55,003 nucleotides of DNA from Methanobacteriota archaeon (GCA_002712285.1 PATC01000024.1:1-55003), one strand, 5' to 3'. Shown: positions 36,559 through 46,981, counted from the stretch's first letter. The notes: generated by a model from the letters alone, not told the origin. Numbers and translations: made by a program.

Positions 36559-38535
36559 TCAGACATAATTCTCTGCAACCTTACGTGCTGCTTTTTCGCT
36601 GTACCAAGTTACTGAGCCTAATATCAGGAGAATACTGTATCCCAATATTCCGAAGACAACCATCATTGGTGTAGGGTTAGACGCACCCCTAATTCCCTCG
36701 ATATTCGGTGTTACTTCCGCAGTATGGAGTAAGTTTGTTCGAATTGAAACATCGACAGCATCTAAGCCACAGTTGCAGTAGGATATACTGATCATCTCGG
36801 GGATAAGTCGTGTCGTAAATCGAACCCAATCGTTCAGATCTACTGTGGATGGGCGAGTCATCCATGCTCGATCGTTTACCGATCCTTGACCTGCAGATTC
36901 AACCATAATCCAATCGATATGTATCACATCGCCAATTGGTAGATCTGTTAGTACAAGTGATGCTTCAAGCATCAGTAAATCGAGGCTGAGAAGTCGTCCC
37001 GCTTGAAGGACGAACAGCACCTGTTCACCCTCCTGCAATCCACTGGTCCTCATTGCATCAAATATGGCCCGATCAATATCGATATCTCTCAATTCTTCGG
37101 TTTGAATTTGATATCTTCCATCTCCAGTTGAATGGACTTTATCCACATGTAGTCGCAATTGGAAGCGATCACCTGGTTTTGTAGCAAAAAATCCATTCGC
37201 AAAATCTGGTTCACCCATCTCAATTGATGTCACAATCGCGTCAAGCCGTTCGTCAATCAAGTCATCGATAGTCTTCTCTTCGGAATCAGGGAGATTAGAG
37301 GTAGCCAGAAGTGTTGGGGAAACAGATGCAGATAGTAAGATGAACACTAGCGCTACAGGTAGTCCGATGTTCTTTGACCATGAGAAGGCAGCGGGACGAC
37401 GAATAATCCATTGTACAAGTGGCAAAGCGAATAGTATCAGGCTAAGGGATGCAATACCCCCTACACCTTGACTTCCTCTAGTTTCTTCAGTTGATCCAAT
37501 CCAACCTGTTCCTGTAGGCCAATTTGCATCGAGTTCAAAATCGCTGGCTTCATTTGCTCCAGAACCTGCGAGTATCTCTTCAGCTATCCAAGAATAGATG
37601 CCAAAGCGACCATCTTCACCTTCAATACAGATTCTGAGATTAGTACGATCGTTGAGTTTCCATCGCAATGTACTCTCAATGATATCTCCTCTTTCTGTGG
37701 TCTGAACAGAGGGAGCCGGTTGACGAACTCCTTGGATTGTAGTGAGTTCAGGCTGAGGTACAGACACGGCAATTTCCGCTGGCATAGGACTCCATTCGAT
37801 GTGGACTCTGAGTTCTTCCGTACGTTCTCCAGCAGAGAATGTGAAGCAGTCGATATCAGCTTCAATCAATGCGCCATTTACGTTTTCACCGATTTCAATT
37901 GCAACTGGTTCTGTCATTGAACTTGGTTCATCTACATCTACCTGTGATGGAATTAGATTCCACTGAACTGGAATATCGACATAAGACACTCCTTTCAATC
38001 CAAGTTTCCATGTAACAGGTCGATCGATTTCGAAGGTTAGCGTGATTTGGATGAGATCACCGGGACTAAGTAATCGGCCGTTACTGAGGTCAAGCGCTTC
38101 ATCTTCGAGACGATATTCTTCGGCTTCTGTCAGAGGGTTACCTGATTGACCTTGAATAGTCCATTCATTTGTTGAGGGTCCTAGAGCGAGAATGATATTC
38201 AAATCCGGTCGGAGATAACTCCCAGGGTCTTCTTCTATGTCTAGTTCGATTACAAGTGTCTCAAGAATCTCCGGAATCAGAGCATGTCCTTCCTGAGGGG
38301 GAGACATTACGAATTCTAAACGTACGATTTCAGGAGACAAAGGGCTAGCTCCATTTTCTTGATTTGAAATTGTATCGATACCTACCATGAGGTTGGTAAG
38401 TTGGCAGGTTTGCTCATCAGAACAGGTTAGATTCAGGCGATTATCCACCGGTCCGAGTTCAGCACTAATTGGGGTTGGCATTAGGAGCAGAAGAAAGACA
38501 GATGTCAGAATCCCCCCTCGAATCCGGTCTGCCAT
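36559..38535 (-). CDS. Hypothetical membrane protein (signal peptide, about 3 TM, large extracytoplasmic domains)
   Basis: Long ORF with an N-terminal signal and internal and C-terminal hydrophobic helices. No family recognised. Confidence 0.7.
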   Translation of the reverse strand: MADRIRGGILTSVFLLLLMPTPISAELGPVDNRLNLTCSDEQTCQLTNLMVGIDTISNQENGASPLSPEIVRLEFVMSPPQEGHALIPEILETLVIELDIEEDPGSYLRPDLNIILALGPSTNEWTIQGQSGNPLTEAEEYRLEDEALDLSNGRLLSPGDLIQITLTFEIDRPVTWKLGLKGVSYVDIPVQWNLIPSQVDVDEPSSMTEPVAIEIGENVNGALIEADIDCFTFSAGERTEELRVHIEWSPMPAEIAVSVPQPELTTIQGVRQPAPSVQTTERGDIIESTLRWKLNDRTNLRICIEGEDGRFGIYSWIAEEILAGSGANEASDFELDANWPTGTGWIGSTEETRGSQGVGGIASLSLILFALPLVQWIIRRPAAFSWSKNIGLPVALVFILLSASVSPTLLATSNLPDSEEKTIDDLIDERLDAIVTSIEMGEPDFANGFFATKPGDRFQLRLHVDKVHSTGDGRYQIQTEELRDIDIDRAIFDAMRTSGLQEGEQVLFVLQAGRLLSLDLLMLEASLVLTDLPIGDVIHIDWIMVESAGQGSVNDRAWMTRPSTVDLNDWVRFTTRLIPEMISISYCNCGLDAVDVSIRTNLLHTAEVTPNIEGIRGASNPTPMMVVFGILGYSILLILGSVTWYSEKAARKVAENYV

Positions 38536-38544
38536 ACCCCAGGG

Positions 38545-39081
38545 TCAGGATTCTGTATCATGAGTTTGTCCCGTCGGTACATCGATTAGTTTCACTCTAC
38601 ATACTCTGCATAGATATCTTCCGTTGCTTCTACGGGAGCGATGATGTTTTCGTTTACAATTTGGACAAGTCCACAACCATCTAGCAGCTCTTTGACGTAG
38701 ATATTGGCCAAAGGAAGGGCCTGATTCACGTGCATTCTGATTTGGCCAACGCGCTTCAAGGCCCCTAAACAAACGGTCATGTCGAACATGACCAATTGCA
38801 TGCAGCATCTCATGATACATTAGAAACTGAGCATAATCATGCCAACCGTCTTCGATTGCTACAGGATGGAGTGCAATCTCTCTTACATCTTTGATGCCTT
38901 TACTCCCACCGCGTGGACCAGGGTGGTAGCGGCAAACTGCATGCATCCGAGTCGCATTACGACGGAGTGTTCCTAACGGTACTTGTCGTAACTCATCAGC
39001 TTGGGTAAAATCGATGACTCCTAAATCAATCATCACTGGAAGTACTCGTTCCCTGATATGAATGAGTTCAGAATAGGACAT
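38545..39081 (-). CDS. SprT-like zinc metalloprotease with C-terminal zinc ribbon
   Basis: HEMLH...HDRLF, followed by CPNC...CRVC. Confidence 0.82.
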   Translation of the reverse strand: MSYSELIHIRERVLPVMIDLGVIDFTQADELRQVPLGTLRRNATRMHAVCRYHPGPRGGSKGIKDVREIALHPVAIEDGWHDYAQFLMYHEMLHAIGHVRHDRLFRGLEARWPNQNARESGPSFGQYLRQRAARWLWTCPNCKRKHHRSRRSNGRYLCRVCRVKLIDVPTGQTHDTES

Positions 39082-39090
39082 TTTCTCGCC

Positions 39091-39567
39091 TCATGACCAA
39101 CGATGGTATGCGGGATGTCCTTCTTTCACCGCTACAAAAAGCCCTTCTCCACGTGCACACAAATTATTCTCCGCGTACAATTCCATCCTAACAACTGCCC
39201 TGTCTACTTGCAGATCGGTAACTTCGCTGATGATGGTTAGTTCCTCTTGTGAAGGTGTAGGACGTCTCAGTTGGATACTGTAGTTTGCTGTGACCGTACA
39301 CGGTGGTTCTTCCATTTTGTTTGATTCCATAATTGCTATGGCTGCAGTCCAATTCCCATGGCAGTCGAGTAATGTTCCAATGATGCCACCGTTAACCATA
39401 CCGGGAAATGCTTGGTGTTGTTCCTCAGTAACAAAGGTCATTCGTAATCCATGTTCTACATCATCTCGACGAAAAGATCGAATCCTCAGACCTTCCTTGT
39501 TAGCCGGCCCACAGCCGAAACAGATTGAACTTGGAGCATGTGTTTCCTGGACCGAGGTATCAGTCAT
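39091..39567 (-). CDS. PaaI/hotdog-fold thioesterase
   Basis: CFGCGPANKEGL, HQAFPGMVNGGIIGTLLD, LRRPTP. Confidence 0.88.
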   Translation of the reverse strand: MTDTSVQETHAPSSICFGCGPANKEGLRIRSFRRDDVEHGLRMTFVTEEQHQAFPGMVNGGIIGTLLDCHGNWTAAIAIMESNKMEEPPCTVTANYSIQLRRPTPSQEELTIISEVTDLQVDRAVVRMELYAENNLCARGEGLFVAVKEGHPAYHRWS

Positions 39568-39700
39568 TGTAGTGGCATGGTTGTAAACGGTCCTTGAGGT
39601 TCGGGGTCTATATCTTCCATTCATGTTAGCACATTTTCTGCCATGTGTCATCACATGGGTTCAAGGACCCACGGAATCCCCATTATGTTGAGGTCTGGTT

Positions 39701-41029
39701 TTGTCGGACTCTTCTAAGCGGAAGTCCTCCAAGAATAAGTCCTCCACTAAGGTATCGAATCAACTACCTAGAAGCCGTCGTAAAAAGGTCGAGAAGGCAC
39801 TTGAGGATGGCGTCAATCCCAAGGGTTCACCACGCTCAAAGAAGAAACCAAAGATCCATCGTTTTGCACGCAACCGAGTCAAGGTTGGCACAATGCGTAC
39901 GATACGCTTCCCATTATTGGAGACAGAAATGGGCGACCCGTGGCCTGTTAGAGTCACGGTTATCCATGGTTCAAAGCCAGGACCAGTGTTGACTCTTCTT
40001 GGCGCAGTTCATGGTGACGAACTTATTGGACCCATGGCGTTGACTCATCTATTGGGCTCACAATTCTGTGGAACTGATCGTCCTATTGATCCAGATAACC
40101 TAGCGGGTACTATTCGAGTTGTACCCGTTGTTAATCTCCCAGGATACCGGATGCGAAGCCGTTACTTCCCAGATGGAAGAGATTTGAATCGCGAATCGCC
40201 CGGATCATTGAAGGGCAATACCACATCTAGAGTAGCTAAGCGAATCTTTGAGAACATAATCAAAGGATCCGATTATGTCATCGATGTCCATACTGCAGCA
40301 CGTGGAAGAACCAATTTACCACAGATTCGTGCCGATTTAGCAGACCCTGCAAGTAATCTGATAGCGCGTGCTTTCGGAATCGAGGTAATTCTTGATTCAT
40401 TAGGCCCCAGGGGTTCTTTCCGTCGTTCAGCCAATGAGATGGATATCGGGTATGTGACCTATGAGGGGGGTGGTGCAAATGCTTCGGATGCAGGAGCCGT
40501 ACAAGTAGTCCTCTATGGTATTCTGAATGTCATGCGTTCATTATCGATGATATCTGGCAATCCTTCTCGGCCTCAGGCACGTCTACTAGCACACGGCTCT
40601 CAATGGATTCGAGCAGATGAGGGCGGCCTTCTCGATATGCGAACGCCTGCAGGGAGATTTGTGGAAGAGGGTGAAATTGTTGCTACAATCACAGATCCGG
40701 AGCGTCCCGGTGCAATTGCTACCGTCATCTCTCCTGTTCAGGGTCTCCTTATCTGTACAGCAACGAACCCATACGTGAATTCTGGGGCTCCAGTAGGTCA
40801 TCTTCTACCAATACATCGTGGGCGTAAAACTGTGGAGTCGATGTTGAATGAAGATCGGGTTCTTGTTCCATCTGGAACAGACGGCGATCCTCCTTGGAGA
40901 GAAGAGACCGAGGTTGACGAGATTCAGGTTGAAGGCGAATGGTTCGAGGGGAGCGTCGATGGTGGTTGGCATTCAGAAATTAATCCACCTGTGCCACAGG
41001 TTAGTGCAGAGGAAGAAGCTGAATCCTGA
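39701..41029 (+). CDS. Succinylglutamate desuccinylase/aspartoacylase (M14-like) family protein
   Basis: AVHGDELIG, VPVVNLPG, RDLNR, IDVHT, YEGG. TTG start; basic N-terminal and acidic C-terminal extensions. Confidence 0.88.
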   Translation: MSDSSKRKSSKNKSSTKVSNQLPRSRRKKVEKALEDGVNPKGSPRSKKKPKIHRFARNRVKVGTMRTIRFPLLETEMGDPWPVRVTVIHGSKPGPVLTLLGAVHGDELIGPMALTHLLGSQFCGTDRPIDPDNLAGTIRVVPVVNLPGYRMRSRYFPDGRDLNRESPGSLKGNTTSRVAKRIFENIIKGSDYVIDVHTAARGRTNLPQIRADLADPASNLIARAFGIEVILDSLGPRGSFRRSANEMDIGYVTYEGGGANASDAGAVQVVLYGILNVMRSLSMISGNPSRPQARLLAHGSQWIRADEGGLLDMRTPAGRFVEEGEIVATITDPERPGAIATVISPVQGLLICTATNPYVNSGAPVGHLLPIHRGRKTVESMLNEDRVLVPSGTDGDPPWREETEVDEIQVEGEWFEGSVDGGWHSEINPPVPQVSAEEEAES

Positions 41030-41032
41030 GTA

Positions 41033-44000
41033 TCAACGACCAGACCATGGGTCATCATCGAAATTAGGTGCTTCGGGGATATCGAAGCCGATACGTTGGC
41101 GATTATGTATCGGAGGTGGGGACCAGGCCTCAACATGATCTGAACGATTTCCGCCACGGAGTATCAGAGCAAGTACCAGCAGGACAAAGAGTACCCCCAT
41201 GCCAATGAGTATCTCTTGAGGCACCCCGTAGGCATCGAGGAAGTTGCTCTGCTCATTGGAAGCCGTTGTTTCATCATCGTCATCATCTGCAGGCATACAA
41301 GCCATCTCAGTGCATACCCATTGGCCAGAATCACAGACACAGTCATTGCAACCATCTCCTGCAGGTTTTGTATCATCTTCCTCGCATATCGGTTCAGGCT
41401 CGGGTTCAGGCTCCGGTGTAGGTTCAGGTGGCGTATTTGCGATTAAGCGCACAGTCCAACCTAGTTCGATCGTGCTGTTTGCATCCTCGAGATGAATCCG
41501 GTATGCGACAGTAATACGTTCTTGGACACAGAGAATAGACTCGAACTCATTGGAAGGATTGAGACAATCCACGAGTGGAATCGTCAATGTTTCTCCAGTT
41601 TCATTCATTAATTTTCCATCTCGAGTCCATGATTGATTGAATTCGACGCCTTCTGGGATTCCGGAGAAACTCAATGTAATCTCGGAATCTGTTATGGTAT
41701 GATCAATGAAAATCGAAGGATACTGTGTCAGTCCGCTTTCGCGATCGATGTCCTCGTCGATGATAGAATCGCAATCGTCGTCAATATTATTCCAAAGTTC
41801 TGTTGCACCAGGATGGATGGTAGAAACGTTGTCATTACAATCGAAAAGCCAGATTGTACCGTCCGAATCAGCATCGATTTCAGGGACCAAAGGATCTGTC
41901 ATGTACTGCAGAACCTCTGTTCCGTCATCTAATCCATCTCCATCTGAATCGTTATTCATGTGGTTGGTGGAATAGTTGTGATATTCTTCGTAATCGTATA
42001 GTCCATCCATGTCAAAATCGGTAGTTACGAAAGTCTCATCGATTTCGGTATTACAGTTCTGATCGATGCCATCAAGAATCTCGATTGCTCCAGGGTTAAT
42101 CGCGGATTCGTTATCATCACAATCTTGGAACCAGTAGTATCCATCGCTGTCAGCATCGAGGTCAACGACGAGTGGGTCGGTGGAATGAATGTTGACTTCA
42201 TCTCCATCAATTAGTCCATCTCCGTCGGTATCTGAATTAGCATGGTTAGTGCCGTGAACATGGTATTCGTCATAATCCGAGAGACCGTCTGAATCAGTAT
42301 CAATGAAATTGTAGCCTTCGTCGATTACCATATCGCAATCGTCGTCTATTCCGTTGAGTAGTTCAGGACGACCTGGGTTAATGTTGGGATCTGTATCATC
42401 ACAATCCTGGAACCAGTAGTATAGATCGCTATCAGCATCGTTGTCAAAAACAAGTGGATCGCTGTTGTGAATGAGAACTTCTTGACCATCGGTTAAACCA
42501 TCTCCGTCGGTGTCTGCAAGATTCGGATTTGTACCGTTCACAAGAACCTCAACACCGTCGCTGAGTCCATCTCCGTCAGAGTCGACATTCAGGGGGTCGG
42601 TAGATTCGTTGAATAATTCATCTCCGTCGTTGAGACCGTCTCCATCGGTATCAGCTAGATTTGGATTTGTATTGTGGATATTGGTCTCGTTCATGTCACT
42701 AATCCCATCTCCATCCGTATCACTGCCCTCATTGACTCCATGGAAAACTAGGTGCCAGTCATCGAAGGTACCAGTATCTCCATTGGCCTTGTCTTCAATT
42801 GATAGTGTCCAATCTCCGAGAGCGAACTCATCCATATGGCGGACAGACCCAAACGACCAAGCGGTGTAGTCGTTACCAGAATCTGAATGTTCTTCTGCAA
42901 GTATGGAATCAGTTCCATCTGGAGAAGTTAGGATAATTTCGAGATCTCCTCTTGCAGTATGTGAGATATTGACTACGACTTCTACATATTCGATCCGAAG
43001 GTCTTGATTGATGGTGATAGTGTCAGTTACCGGGGCTCCGTTATCTGCAATTGAACTGGACACTGTTGACATACTGGAGCTGAAAGAAGCCTCAGTTTGC
43101 AGTTTAGTCCAATTGGCTGCAAGACTCACTGCAGCATGCGCATCGACAACTCCGAATCCATAAGTGTGAGAGATTTCATGGCCGGCGCCATTTGTAGACC
43201 ATGAGGAATCAGAGGGGTCATTCTTTCGAGCGGATTTTGCGAGGATGGCCATAACATCACGGGCAGTTAGGGTCGGATCAACATCAAGGATGAGTGCAGC
43301 TACTCCAGAGACAAGCGGTGTAGCTGATGATGTACCACCGAAGTTACGAGCGACGTCACCACTACTGTTGTAGCCTCCTGATCCGGGAATATCTGCGGTT
43401 ACAATGCCAAGGGAGCCACCGTTTGAGTGTGCCACTACGAGGACATTTGCCCCCTCTTCAGAGTACCAAGATTGCGTTCCAGAATTGGTGATTGCGCCTA
43501 CCGAAATTGTTTGTCGGGCATTAGCATAGCCATCGTAGTTAGAATTGTCACTATCCCCGTGACCATTTCCTCCAGCCCATGTGATGATATTTCCAAGGCC
43601 TCCGCGGCCTGTAGTGAAATCCGATTCAAATGCAGCAATCAGGAGTGGACCAGGACCTTCGAGAGTTTCCCCATCATCAGACGGGCCCCATGAGTTACTG
43701 TATATGTCATTGTCCTGGTCATTCAGGCTCAGTGCATTAGCCGCTGTTGAATCAGAAAATCCACAGGCGATGAGCCTTGTACCACTCATGTCAGAATTAT
43801 AGGCGACCCCAGCAATACCATAGGTATTGTTCCCGCGTCCTCCAGCAACTCCTGCTGCTGATGTACCATGACCATGACTAGATGATGGAGTTGGGTCACC
43901 ATCATTGCTGCAATAGTCGTAAGAATCTGCACTCTGGTACCCAGGGGAGAGATCGGTATGGCTGTGTGCAAATCCATCGTCAATAATTGATATTTGGACG

Positions 44001-44545
44001 CCTGTACCGTCAGCGATATCCCATGCTGCGGTCACATTCGCATCTTCGCCAACAATTCCACCATTTTGTCCGGTGTTGATTAGATGCCATTGAGCATTCA
44101 TTTCGGGATCGTCGAGGACTGCTCGGGGCTGCATGATTTTCTCGCGTTGAGGTAGGCTTCGCTCGATAATTCCTCGATTCTCAAGTTCTTCTAAAATCAA
44201 AATACCTTGTTCTGGGTTGGAGAATGACCATATCCATGCCCCATCGAGAAATGGAGCCATACGAATATCAACATCTGCACTTATGTGTCTTTGAATTAGA
44301 ACAGAATCTAATGTTGTCAAAACAAGCCATTCTTCTGGCGCTCCAAGATCCATTTGTGATTCCGCTGCCTCAACTTGGAAAAAAGCACGCTGTACGGCGC
44401 CGCTGTAGGTCTCGAAAACAGGTTCTGTCTGCGGTTCTCCAAATTCTTGAGCCGTTGCAAGAGGGATAGTGATGGAGGTCAGGAACAGCGCGACAAGGGC
44501 AAGGGCATACTCGCGCATGACTTGTCTTTGTCCATGGAACGTCAT
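41033..44545 (-). CDS. Kexin/furin-like S8B proprotein convertase with P-domain, Ca-binding repeats, pacifastin-like module and TM anchor
   Basis: Triad IIDDG, HGTSAAG, GGTSSATP; SNSWGPSDDG; P-domain (HTARGDLEIILTSPDGT); DTDGDGL and DCDD..INPG..E..NGIDDDCD repeats. Start is 44545 or 44518. Confidence 0.92.
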   Translation of the reverse strand: MTFHGQRQVMREYALALVALFLTSITIPLATAQEFGEPQTEPVFETYSGAVQRAFFQVEAAESQMDLGAPEEWLVLTTLDSVLIQRHISADVDIRMAPFLDGAWIWSFSNPEQGILILEELENRGIIERSLPQREKIMQPRAVLDDPEMNAQWHLINTGQNGGIVGEDANVTAAWDIADGTGVQISIIDDGFAHSHTDLSPGYQSADSYDYCSNDGDPTPSSSHGHGTSAAGVAGGRGNNTYGIAGVAYNSDMSGTRLIACGFSDSTAANALSLNDQDNDIYSNSWGPSDDGETLEGPGPLLIAAFESDFTTGRGGLGNIITWAGGNGHGDSDNSNYDGYANARQTISVGAITNSGTQSWYSEEGANVLVVAHSNGGSLGIVTADIPGSGGYNSSGDVARNFGGTSSATPLVSGVAALILDVDPTLTARDVMAILAKSARKNDPSDSSWSTNGAGHEISHTYGFGVVDAHAAVSLAANWTKLQTEASFSSSMSTVSSSIADNGAPVTDTITINQDLRIEYVEVVVNISHTARGDLEIILTSPDGTDSILAEEHSDSGNDYTAWSFGSVRHMDEFALGDWTLSIEDKANGDTGTFDDWHLVFHGVNEGSDTDGDGISDMNETNIHNTNPNLADTDGDGLNDGDELFNESTDPLNVDSDGDGLSDGVEVLVNGTNPNLADTDGDGLTDGQEVLIHNSDPLVFDNDADSDLYYWFQDCDDTDPNINPGRPELLNGIDDDCDMVIDEGYNFIDTDSDGLSDYDEYHVHGTNHANSDTDGDGLIDGDEVNIHSTDPLVVDLDADSDGYYWFQDCDDNESAINPGAIEILDGIDQNCNTEIDETFVTTDFDMDGLYDYEEYHNYSTNHMNNDSDGDGLDDGTEVLQYMTDPLVPEIDADSDGTIWLFDCNDNVSTIHPGATELWNNIDDDCDSIIDEDIDRESGLTQYPSIFIDHTITDSEITLSFSGIPEGVEFNQSWTRDGKLMNETGETLTIPLVDCLNPSNEFESILCVQERITVAYRIHLEDANSTIELGWTVRLIANTPPEPTPEPEPEPEPICEEDDTKPAGDGCNDCVCDSGQWVCTEMACMPADDDDDETTASNEQSNFLDAYGVPQEILIGMGVLFVLLVLALILRGGNRSDHVEAWSPPPIHNRQRIGFDIPEAPNFDDDPWSGR

Positions 44546-44555
44546 AGTGCTTTGC

Positions 44556-45812
44556 TCAAACTCCAGCGAAGTTTTGTACGGCTTGCTTGACTTCTTCATC
44601 ACTCATTAAGCGTCTTTGTGACTTAGCCAAATCGAAGAGATGAGCCACTAATTCATCGGTGACTTCGAAGCCATTTCGTTCAAGCCAGTAGATGATATTC
44701 GAACGACCTGACATATGCCCGATGCGAATAATTTGCTCTAATCCAAAGTCTTGAGCCGGAACTCCGCTGTAGATTCGGTCTGCCAGCCAGTGGTCCCCCT
44801 TCTTCATCGCTTTAACGACCGCACTTGCGTGCACTCCTGTCCCTGTTTCAAAGGCATCTTGACCAAATACAGGATAGTTACGTGGAAGTGCAACCTCGAC
44901 ATATTCGTTGGCTTTACGCATGTATTCGTTCAATGTGGTGAGGTCATTGTCGATTGCGCCCATGAGTTTGAGATTCACAAGTGTCTGATCTATAGGTGCA
45001 TTACCAGCACGCTCGCCTACACCAAGAGCAGTACCGTGAATCACATCTGCTCCAGCATAGTAGGCGGCAATATTGTTCGCAACGCCTAGTCCACGATCTT
45101 GATGTCCGTGCCAATTAACTTCAATATCACGTCGCTTGAATCCAGCGTCTGGGATTACCTCGTCCTGCACGAAGCGGAGCAATTGCTCCACACCATTCGG
45201 TGTGACATGACCACATGTGTCACACACACAAAGTCTATCTGCGCCTAATTCCAAAGCTCTGGTATAGACCGCTTTGATATCCTCTGGCTTAGATCGTGTT
45301 GTATCCTCGGTTACGAACATGACTGGAATGTCGTTGTCTACTGCAAATCCAATCGCTTTTTCAGCTGTTGAAATGATACGCTCCATAGTCCAGTTTTCGG
45401 TATATTGTCGAATCGGACTGGTTCCAAGGAAAGCACTAGCTTGAATTTGCATTTCGTGCTTCGCTTGCAAATTAACAAGTGGCTCAATATCAGTAACTAC
45501 TGTGCGAACAGCACATCCTGGCCGAATTTCGTAATTGTTCTCGCCGATATGTGCCAACATTGCATCGATATGATCGATGTGTAGGGGGCCAGCACCGGGA
45601 AGACCAAGGTCAACCTTCTGTATACCAAGAGTTTCCATGTAATCGAGGAGCTCTATCTTCTCCTCGATCTTTGGATTACGTGCCGATGGGCTTTGGAGTC
45701 CATCTCTCAATGTCTCATCGTCAAACCAAATCGGGTGAGGATGGTCTGCTTCATCTCTTGTGAACGTGTGCTGGATGAGATTCCAATCATAGATGAGGTC
45801 CTTCTCGTCCAT
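44556..45812 (-). CDS. LeuA-family DRE-TIM synthase (2-isopropylmalate/homocitrate synthase-like) without regulatory domain
   Basis: DETLRDGLQ, EDTTRS, CDTCG, HGHQDRGL, GVGERAGN, GHMSGR. 418 aa. SD GGAGG upstream. Confidence 0.85.
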   Translation of the reverse strand: MDEKDLIYDWNLIQHTFTRDEADHPHPIWFDDETLRDGLQSPSARNPKIEEKIELLDYMETLGIQKVDLGLPGAGPLHIDHIDAMLAHIGENNYEIRPGCAVRTVVTDIEPLVNLQAKHEMQIQASAFLGTSPIRQYTENWTMERIISTAEKAIGFAVDNDIPVMFVTEDTTRSKPEDIKAVYTRALELGADRLCVCDTCGHVTPNGVEQLLRFVQDEVIPDAGFKRRDIEVNWHGHQDRGLGVANNIAAYYAGADVIHGTALGVGERAGNAPIDQTLVNLKLMGAIDNDLTTLNEYMRKANEYVEVALPRNYPVFGQDAFETGTGVHASAVVKAMKKGDHWLADRIYSGVPAQDFGLEQIIRIGHMSGRSNIIYWLERNGFEVTDELVAHLFDLAKSQRRLMSDEEVKQAVQNFAGV

Positions 45813-45862
45813 GTGGCCGCCTCCTGTTGAAGAGAGGCAAGGATTGCGTATGAATCTCCCGC

Positions 45863-46924
45863 TTAGGAGGTGATAGTGTTTCCAACGTCGTTATTTCTTC
45901 GTACCATGGTTCTTGCTAGATTCCCTCCGAGAATCGCGAGGAAAATAATTGCGGCCCAAGTGTTCAACGCAGTTATGACTAGACCGATAAACATCAGAGC
46001 GAGATAGTAAAGTGATGCTTTGAAAGAGCGTAGAGCAGTAGGTAATCGCCCGCTATCATCAAGTTTCTCTTTAGGATCAATCCGGAGCACGGTCTGAAAG
46101 TACCAAAAACCAAGACTGAAAGCAATGATTGTCCAGATCAGGCCCCCTTCATTTCCTACAGCTTCGTTCCGAAGCCAAGGCATTGCTGCAATTCCAACGA
46201 GTAAGAGGGCATAGACCTTCATCTCAAGGAGAGTTCGTTCTGAACCCTTGACCCATGGCATCATTGGTACGCCTACTTTCTCATATTCTGATGAACGGTA
46301 GAGTGCAAGTGCCCAGAAGTGAGGTGGTGTCCAAAGGAAAATGAGTGTGAACATAAGCCACGGTAGAGGTTCACCAAGAAAGAATGGATTTGTGATAGAA
46401 AGTTCATTCGCAGGAGTCGCTGCGGCCCAACCGATTAGTGGAGGCGTGGCTCCGGCGATTCCTCCTATCACGATGTTTTGGGTTGATGTTCGCTTCAACC
46501 ACATTGTATAGATGAGCACGTAGAAAATGATGCTGAATCCGGCCCAGAATGCCGTTACTGCATTTGTCATAGCCATGAACCAAGCTACGCCAATAACGGA
46601 GATACCAATACCGAACCAAAGAGCCTGATTTGGACTCACAGTCCCAGCAGGGACCGGTCGATTCACCGTTCGTTTCATGCCTGGATCGATATCACGATCA
46701 TACCACATGTTGATTGCATTGGCACCACCGGCGGTCAACATTCCACCAACGATGACTACTATCATCACTTGACCAGTATGCAATAAATCCCATTCACCAG
46801 TATCTCGCCAGATTTGGGCATCGTGAATCAATACTGCACACAACGCAGTAATCTGGAGGAGGACCAATACGCGTGGTTTCATGAGGGCGACATAGGCCTT
46901 CATACCGGTCGCTGCCTCTGCCAT
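45863..46924 (-). CDS. cyoE: Protoheme IX farnesyltransferase (heme o synthase)
   Basis: LMKPRV, NMWYDRDIDPGMKRTVNRP, YTMWLKR, NIVIGGIAGATPPLIGW, FLWTPPHFWALA. Confidence 0.96.
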   Translation of the reverse strand: MAEAATGMKAYVALMKPRVLVLLQITALCAVLIHDAQIWRDTGEWDLLHTGQVMIVVIVGGMLTAGGANAINMWYDRDIDPGMKRTVNRPVPAGTVSPNQALWFGIGISVIGVAWFMAMTNAVTAFWAGFSIIFYVLIYTMWLKRTSTQNIVIGGIAGATPPLIGWAAATPANELSITNPFFLGEPLPWLMFTLIFLWTPPHFWALALYRSSEYEKVGVPMMPWVKGSERTLLEMKVYALLLVGIAAMPWLRNEAVGNEGGLIWTIIAFSLGFWYFQTVLRIDPKEKLDDSGRLPTALRSFKASLYYLALMFIGLVITALNTWAAIIFLAILGGNLARTMVRRNNDVGNTITS

Positions 46925-46981
46925 GTTGCGTCACCATTCGATTCGACCATTGAAGGTTGGGTGCAGAGTTCCCAAACTCGT

